A stretch of DNA of 64,000 bases, taken from assembly GCA_001724265.1 (NCBI GenBank), contig MEDY01000028.1, forward strand, positions 1-64,000, written 5' to 3'. The notes under the pieces were generated by a model. That model was given only the letters and a program-made list of their open reading frames with translations. It was not told the DNA's origin and made no database searches. The DNA is from Rhizaria sp. SCN 62-66. Its lineage: Eukaryota. The position numbers and the translations under genes were made by a program. This document shows, in pieces, positions 57,568-64,000 of this stretch (within the stretch, counting starts at the first letter, position 1; each line of letters opens with the position of its first letter).

Positions 57568-60380
57568 ATGTCCTTCGTTGACAGTTGGTACGTGCTCTAT
57601 CTTGTCCCAAACCCGGCTTCTTGACACTCGTGGATACCTCTGAACTCAGCTTAAGCCCGCCTCGAAAAATGGGAGGCAAGTGCCTTGCAAACCTTGTTAA
57701 GACAGAACACGTGTGCAGTATATCAAACGCTGTGGGTGTAGGTCGCCCGCGGTACCGGCCACACTTGTATGCGACATCGAGTGCTTCGTTGATATGGTTC
57801 TTACTTCCCGCCTGCTCCTCGTTCTTTCCCATCCGTTGCTTTCTTCCTTCTTCGTTCAGGTCCTCCAACGTGTCGTACTCGTTCAACACGTCGACAGGTC
57901 TTTCCACAGACCGCGCACAGGCCCTTTGGGACACCCTACGTGATGCAATCCGCCAAATCCAGGCGGGCAACTCGTCTGAGCTGCGCTACGAGGAGCTATA
58001 CCGCCATGCCTACACGCTCGTGGCGCACAAGCACGGTGAGATGCTCTACCGCGGCGTGCAGGCGGCCTTTTCTGAGCACGTGGCGTTGCTCTGTGTGACG
58101 ATTCGCGCGGCCGTTGAGCAGGGCGACCCGCTGGAGACGCTCTGCACGTCGTGGGAGTCGTACCACGCGGCGTCGCTGCTCGTGCGCGACGTCCTGCTCT
58201 ACCTCGACCGCACCTACGTCAAGTCCACCGGCGCCGCTCCGATCGAGCGTGTCGCCGTCAGCGCCTTCCTGCAAGGCGTGCTGGGTGCGGCCGACATTGC
58301 GGACCCTGTGCAACAGCACTTGCTGCGGCTTATCTCGCTCGACCGCGACGCCGATGCAGCGCTCTTTACCGCCGCCTCGGCCGCCAACGCCGCCGTGCCT
58401 GCGCCCGCCGACCCCGCCGCGACGGCCGCGCTCGCCGCCGCGCAGTCGCTCAAGGCCGTCGCGATGGCCAAGCGCCCACTCGTGCGCCGCTGCGTTGCGC
58501 TGTACATCGCTGTGCACCTCGACCTGACCATCTACCGCGGCGTCTTCGAGGCCCCGCTGCTGCGCCTCACGCGCGCGCACTACTCCGACCTCCGCCGCGC
58601 GCTGCTCTCCCCCGCCAACGCCGGCGGCACTGGCGCTGGCAACGGCGCGGGCGCCGCGATGACCGACGGCCCCGGCGCCGCCGCGGCCGCTGCCACCGCT
58701 GCGGCTGGCGGCGACGTGTGCGCGTACCTCCGCGTCGCAGAGGCGCGTCTGCTGGCCGAGGACGAGCGCGTGCACGAGCTGTGCCACGTGTCCTCGGCCG
58801 CGGCGCTGCGCACGATTGTGCAGGACGAGCTCATTGTCAAGGCGTCGCCCGAGGTGCTCGCCAACCCTGTCACCGGGCTAGTCCCGCTGCTGCGCGAAGC
58901 GCGCCTCGCGGACTTGGCGCGGCTCTACCGCGTCTTCTCGCGCGAGTCGGCCGAGCTCCTCGCTGTGGGCGCCGCGATGGCGAAGCAGGTGCGCGACGCC
59001 GGCGAGGACATCGTGGCCGACCCGGATAACGCGCGCAACCCGTCGCGCTTCGTCGAGCGCCTGCTCCGGCTGCAGGAGCACTACGCGCGCATCGTCACGC
59101 AGGCCTTCAAGGGCGACCGCAACTTCCTGGGGCTGCTGCGCGAGGCCATCGAGCAGGTGCTCAACGCGAACCGCGAGACGGCGACGTATCTCTCGCTCTA
59201 CGTCGACGCGCTCTTCCGCGTCGCCGTCGGCCGTCCGCCCGCAGGCACGGGCGCTCCGGGCGATTCCTACTTGCCTGCGTCGCTGGGACGGCCCGCGGTG
59301 TTTGCGCACTCGCTGCCGGCGACGCTGACGCAGCAGGAGCTGGAGCATCGCATCTGTGGTGTGCTGTTCATCTTCCGTCGGCTCACTGAGAAGGACGCGT
59401 TCGAGGAAGTGTACAAGCAGCATCTCGCGGGCCGTCTGCTCACTGGCGCCGCCGACGTGGCCATGGAGCGCGGGCTTCTCGCGCGCCTTAAGCAGCTCTG
59501 TGGGCATCAGTTCACGACGCACTTTGAAGGCATGTTGCGCGATATGGCCAACTCGACGACGCTTCTCAACGACTTCCGCGGCGGTAGCAGCGGCTCCGTG
59601 CGTGGCGGCTCTATCACGCCCGCGCGCCCGCTCGTGCCCACGGTCCTTACCACTGGTTTCTGGCCGCTCCAGGCGATCCCCTGCTGCACGTTACCGCCCG
59701 CGGCATCGTCGGCGGCCGACACGTTTAACAAGTTCTACCTGCAGAAGTTCCCCGCGCGGCGGCTGCAGTGGCAGGCGCAGCTGGGCACGGCCGTGCTAAC
59801 GATCCAGTTCGCGCAAGGCCCCGTCGACCTGCTCGTCCCGACGTACCAGATGGTCATTCTGCTGCTCTTCGGCCCGCAGAAGCAGAGCTTTACGTTCGAG
59901 GAGCTCCGTGATAAGACGGCGATGCCCGACTTGGAGCTGCGCCGCCACCTGCTGTCGCTCGCGCACCCGCGCTCTGCGATCCTCAAGAAGACACCGGCCG
60001 TGCCGTTCATCTCCGCCACGGACTCGTTCTCGCTCAACACGGCCTTCACGACGCCCGCGGCGCGCGTGGTGACGCCCGTGCTGTCGCTCGCTTCCGTTGC
60101 CAAGCTCTCGCAAACGTCGGCGCCCGCGGCCGCGGACCCGGCGCAGTCGGCCGCGGTGATGGAGAAGCGCAAGCAGGAGGTCGACGCTGCGATTGTGCGC
60201 ACGCTCAAGACGCGCAAGACCGTCTCGCACGCCGACCTCGTGGCCGCTGTGGCCAAATTCCTCGCCCCGCGCTTCGCCGTCGACACGGCGTTCGTCAAGA
60301 AGCGTATCGAGTTCCTCATCGAGCAGGAGTATGTCGAACGTGATGCCACAGACCGCGCGCTCTACCACTACCTTGCCTGA
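57568..60380 (+). CDS. CUL3: Cullin (CUL3-like); join(57568..57587,57860..60380)
   Basis: LRYEELYRHAYTLVAHKHGEMLY (CUL3-type), EKDAFEEVYKQHLAGRLL, VLTTGFWP, neddylation motif DAAIVRTLKTRK, KKRIEFLIEQEYVER. Phase-2 GTACGT..TTCAG intron. TGA stop. Confidence 0.88.
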
Positions 60381-60500
60381 ACGCGCAGTGTGCAGTGTTG
60401 CAGATCTGCGGCCGCCGTATCGCGCAGTGCACGGTCGCGGGAGACACACGTGGGGTGGGGCCGGGGCCGCGTAGCATGTGGTGTTGTTGCTCAGTTGCAA

Positions 60501-60553
60501 TGTAGCGCAGTGTAGCGCAGTGTAGCGCAGTGTAGCGCAGTGTAGCGCAGTGT
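60501..60553. repeat. 10-bp minisatellite, about 5 copies
   Basis: (TGTAGCGCAG)x5 downstream of the cullin. Confidence 0.9.
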
Positions 60554-60957
60554 TCCTTTGTGATGACGTGCAGGCACGCCGGTTATGAGTTTCAAACGCA
60601 TGACAGCGGTGTGTGTGCGTTGTTTTGAAGTCAGTGTAACTTTTCGTTTGGTCTTAATTCTCGTCGTGAGTTCGAGGCCTAGCTGACAGTGAGCTTGTTG
60701 TTTTTACAATAGATGTCATTGTTCATTTGTTCCATGCCATAAAGGTAAATATCTTTCATTCATTCAGTCAACATTTTATCGAGGTGTTACATTAACACGA
60801 GCTGAATTAAAGCAATGTATTCTCGGTTTGTCCTTAATCAATTTATCAATGTCCAGTGACGCAGCTACGGGGGGTCTACTTAAAACTGACAGTATTACTG
60901 AACAATCGAAGAGCGATGTCCGTTAAATTGGCAGCGTAAATGTCACAATCGTTGTTC

Positions 60958-61578
60958 TTAGTGAGCGCACCACACGGGACCAGGTGACGGAGACCGTCGC
61001 GGAGCGCGCGACATCCGCGCCGCCGGCCACATGTTGCGCATTGTGGGCTGTGTGTGGCGCATTGTAGGTTGCATGTTGCGCAGTGTGGGCTGGACGCGAT
61101 TCATTATGGGCTTTGTGCGACGGACGCTGCGACCGGGGCGAAATGCTGGAGCAACGGGTGTCTCACCACTACGGCGCACACTATGTGCGCAGCGGCCGCC
61201 GGAGCAGCGCACGCGGTCGACGGGAGGCGCGGGCGGGCGCACGATGTTGCCAGGGCGGAAGAAACCGCGGCAGCCTGTGCGTGGTGGGCGAACGTGGTTG
61301 CCCTGACACTGGAGCCCGTGGCAAAGAGGGCAAATGTCCGGCGGGGGCCGCACTCCTGGGGGAGGCCGCACTCCAGGAGGAGGCCGGATGTCCGGCGGAG
61401 GTCGGACGCCCGGCTGCGGAGGCCGGACGCCCGGCGGCGGAGGGCGGATGTTAGGTAGAGGAGGACGGAGGTCCGGCAGCGGAGGTCGCTCAATAAGAGG
61501 AGGACGCACAACCGGCGGAACAAACGGAGGACGTACGATTTGAGGAGGGCGTACAATTGGCATGAACGGGAGACTCAT
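60958..61578 (-). CDS. Pro/Arg-rich repetitive protein (VRPP and QPTMRNM repeats); 5' end uncertain
   Basis: ORF with repeated (V/I)RPP units ending in TAA. The frame stays open upstream to 61926 if TAGs at 61630 and 61675 are read through. Confidence 0.45.
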   Translation of the reverse strand: MSLPFMPIVRPPQIVRPPFVPPVVRPPLIERPPLPDLRPPLPNIRPPPPGVRPPQPGVRPPPDIRPPPGVRPPPGVRPPPDICPLCHGLQCQGNHVRPPRTGCRGFFRPGNIVRPPAPPVDRVRCSGGRCAHSVRRSGETPVAPAFRPGRSVRRTKPIMNRVQPTLRNMQPTMRHTQPTMRNMWPAARMSRAPRRSPSPGPVWCAH

Positions 61579-62273
61579 GATCGGAGCAGGCACAATCGGA
61601 GCGTCGTAGATAAGCAGCGACGAATCTGCCTAAACTTGTTGATAGGGGAAGACGTAGGCGCCCAATCTCGCGCTCTAAAGCAGGCAGCGCTCAGGCTTAA
61701 TGCGGTGTCCCGGCGAGTAGATTAAGTAACCGGAGGCATCGACAGAGTACCCATGGTGTATCACGTTCAAGCATTGCGGTGCCACTTTGCTGCGCGGTGC
61801 GGTGCCTGTCGGGCGCGTAATGCTTTGTGTGGAGGGCGATGAGGCGTCAACAAGCGATAATAGTGCGCAACCCTTTGCTGAAGCAACTCTACATTGCTTT
61901 GAAACATATGCCAGTCCGCAGCCAGGTCATCAGCCACGTCATCAGTGACTACTCTAAATTTCATTTTGAATCGTTCATGCCTGAGTAAGACACTGCTTTG
62001 CGTGAACTGATTAAACCGAGATCATAAGTGTGTCTATATGATTTCAGTCACGAATAGAGAATGAAGCAGTCATGCAATCAGTTCGCTTAGATACAACAAA
62101 TGTCAAATTTGCTTAATTAAACCAATGTATTTTCACGCTGAGTGATTAAACCAATATTTTAGGCGAACATTCAACCAAGGAATACACAGTATCACAGCAA
62201 CAAGTCTGCCCACTCCAGAGCGTGACTTGTCCTTGTAAAGGGAGGCAATGAAGTTACGTTATAGTATAGTGCG

Positions 62274-62341
62274 GCGCAGCGCGGTTTTGCCACTTAGGGG
62301 TTTCGGCGGTAAAGCCCGGCTAAGTGCATAACCGGCTGCGT
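62274..62341. other. ~68-nt imperfect stem-loop
   Basis: GCGCAGC/GCTGCGT, CGGTT/AACCG, CACTTAG/CTAAGTG and GGGTTT/AAAGCCC pair in nested order. Confidence 0.5.
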
Positions 62342-62727
62342 GTGGCGATACGACGGTTGCGGCGGGTGGTAGGTTGGCTGCAAAGGGCGACGGTAGGCTG
62401 GCTGTCGAAAGGCGCTGCGAAGGACGATGAGAGTTCATGTTCGTGGAGTGGTATGAGGGCTGCGAGGGGCGTTAGTGGTTGGTAGCAGGAGGGCGGAAAC
62501 CAGTGTAAACGCCGCCAGCGCGCACACCAGGCTGGCGGAAATTAGTGCCATCGGATGCCACCAGTGTGAGTCGGGCCAGAAAGGATGTGGCGCCGGCAGA
62601 GCGGTCCGCGGCAGCCAGGACCGGGCGGATATGGCTGCACAGTGTGGCCAGTTCCAGGCGGGCGAATATGGCCAGGGCAGCCAGGCCCGCAACGAGGCGG
62701 GTGATTAGGTCCATGTTCCAGCGGGGA

Positions 62728-62789
62728 TGATGCGGCCCGGGCGGGTGATGCGGCCCGGGCGGGTGACGTGGCCCGGGCGGGTGATGCGG
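62728..62789. repeat. 18-bp tandem repeat, about 3.5 copies
   Basis: Units of TGATGCGGCCCGGGCGGG; they read GPHHPP on the minus strand. Confidence 0.85.
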
Positions 62790-63423
62790 GCCGGCTGGAG
62801 GGAGAGGGATGTACTAGATGGGATGTGATCTTTAACTTAAATAACATCACGCGTTAAGAAAACAATAAAACCAATAACTGATTTGACACAATGGTAATAT
62901 ATTTTGCAAAGAAATGAGTCATTTGACAAAAACTACGTGGTTATCTTTAATCAAACTCAACATGATCCACTTCAAGTTAGGCAAAGCCACGCAAAATAAT
63001 TTTCAAGTTGCATCTGCATGACAATCTTCAATTGAACGAAGAAAGCCCTGGCAAGAAAAGGTAATGAAGAAACGTCTCAAATTCATTTGTGGCTCATATC
63101 CGCCGTTCTGAGACTCGAATTTTGCGCGCGAAGTCTCCAATTCTGTTGATATATCTGGTGTTAAGTAGTGGATGGTTGCAAGCGCAACGATGTGAGCATC
63201 AACAAAGTATATTCTCAGAAAGAATAAACTGCATGTGTATATTAATATGATTGTACTCATGATCAGTATGTATGAGTTCAGCTCGTGATGACACTGAAAA
63301 CTTAATCAAATTAAGTTGCGAAACACGGGGTTAACGTTAAACTGAAGCGTTCGTCACGTCTTCATATGAAACAAAAATGAAACATAAGTGCGATATCACA
63401 GATAATCTTAGGCTGGACGTTAC

Positions 63424-64000
63424 TTATTCCTTGACTGGCTTGTCGTTCTTCCACTGCCCCTCCCAGGCGAACCCGCTAACCTTGTATTCGAAGCGGCCGC
63501 GGCCCTCTTTGACGTCATTGGCCCACTCACCAATATAGACGTTGCCCGACGGGTAGATCATGCGTCCGTGCCCGTGAAGCTTTCCCGCTAAGAAGTTGCC
63601 CTCATAGAAGGAGCCATCAGGCTCCTTCAGCTTACCATAGCCCTCGCGTTGCCCGTTGCGAACGGAACCACTGTACTCAGAACCGAAACTCGCCTTGTAG
63701 ACGCCCTCACCGTGCGGCACGTCGTTGTGCCAAGCGCCCGCCCATGCACCCACGCCGGGTAAAAGACCTACGCCCTGGCCGTTGCGCTTGTCATCGGCCC
63801 AGCTTCCGTCATAACTCTCGCCGTCAGCCCCTCGCATTGAGCCGTGGCCCTCGCGCCTGTTGCGAACCCACGCACCGCGATAAACGCCACCGTCACTGAA
63901 GTGCATCTCGCCCTCGCCGGAGCGGAGATGTTCCGCAAAGCCGCCGTGGTAGAAAGCGCCACTGGGCCAGCGGTATGTGCCCGTACCGTGGCGCAGACCG
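63424..64000 (-). CDS. MORN-repeat protein (5'-truncated by the window edge)
   Basis: Repeated YxGxWxxxxRxGxG units (YRGAWVRNRREGHG, YDGSWADDKRNGQG, YEGNFLAGKLHGHG). TAA stop. Confidence 0.92.
   Translation of the reverse strand, partial: GLRHGTGTYRWPSGAFYHGGFAEHLRSGEGEMHFSDGGVYRGAWVRNRREGHGSMRGADGESYDGSWADDKRNGQGVGLLPGVGAWAGAWHNDVPHGEGVYKASFGSEYSGSVRNGQREGYGKLKEPDGSFYEGNFLAGKLHGHGRMIYPSGNVYIGEWANDVKEGRGRFEYKVSGFAWEGQWKNDKPVKE

Noticed and set aside
57585-57859. ORF-track N-terminal extensions of the cullin (also POLD2 31028-31101 and L17 31650-31678)
   Set aside because: These are intron sequence read in frame; short upstream ATG exons with phase-compatible GTACG donors explain them better.
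4174-60500. Numerous long antisense and alternative-frame ORFs (e.g. 4174-5781, 38453-39883, 45599-46762)
   Set aside because: They are shadows of GC-rich coding sequence on the other strand or frame, with no recognisable motifs.
60501-60553. Tandem repeats as a CRISPR array
   Set aside because: No unique spacers, no cas genes, and a eukaryotic context.
4094-63426. Ciliate-type code (UAA and UAG both Gln) or UGA recoding
   Set aside because: TAA ends MPP-beta, ValRS, POLD2 and the PTS1-bearing ECI at their expected C-termini, and TGA ends the cullin and LZTFL1 at theirs.
1-64000. Suppressor tRNA(CUA), SL RNA, rRNA or transposase genes in the window
   Set aside because: No cloverleaf or T-loop signature, no rRNA-like block and no transposase or RT motif recognised by eye. 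A covariance-model search is needed to be sure.

Overview
Gene-dense nuclear DNA from an aerobic, probably flagellated, GC-rich protist. Coding regions are GC- and Ala-rich, spacers are AT-rich, and the spliceosomal introns are short. About 17 protein genes are present: two importin-alpha-like ARM proteins, MPP-beta, LZTFL1, a degenerate S10 carboxypeptidase, a DUF4795/QRICH2-like protein, a giant Trf4/Cid1-like protein, a peroxisomal enoyl-CoA isomerase, a GCIP-like protein, POLD2, mitochondrial L17, a giant PPR protein, ValRS, INO80, a CUL3-like cullin, a Pro-rich protein and a MORN protein. The main discovery is an apparent variant genetic code. Three giant genes are interrupted only by in-frame TAG codons (9 in total, one inside the poly-Gln tract of INO80), while all 17 gene ends are TAA (10) or TGA (7). 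This points to UAG being a sense codon, most likely Gln, with UAA and UGA as stops. Two further signals: all 9 inferred introns start with GTACG, and most genes have a pyrimidine tract plus YAG 0-9 nt before the ATG, usually without an upstream GTACG donor, which suggests spliced-leader trans-splicing. All family calls are by motif recognition only; no searches were run.
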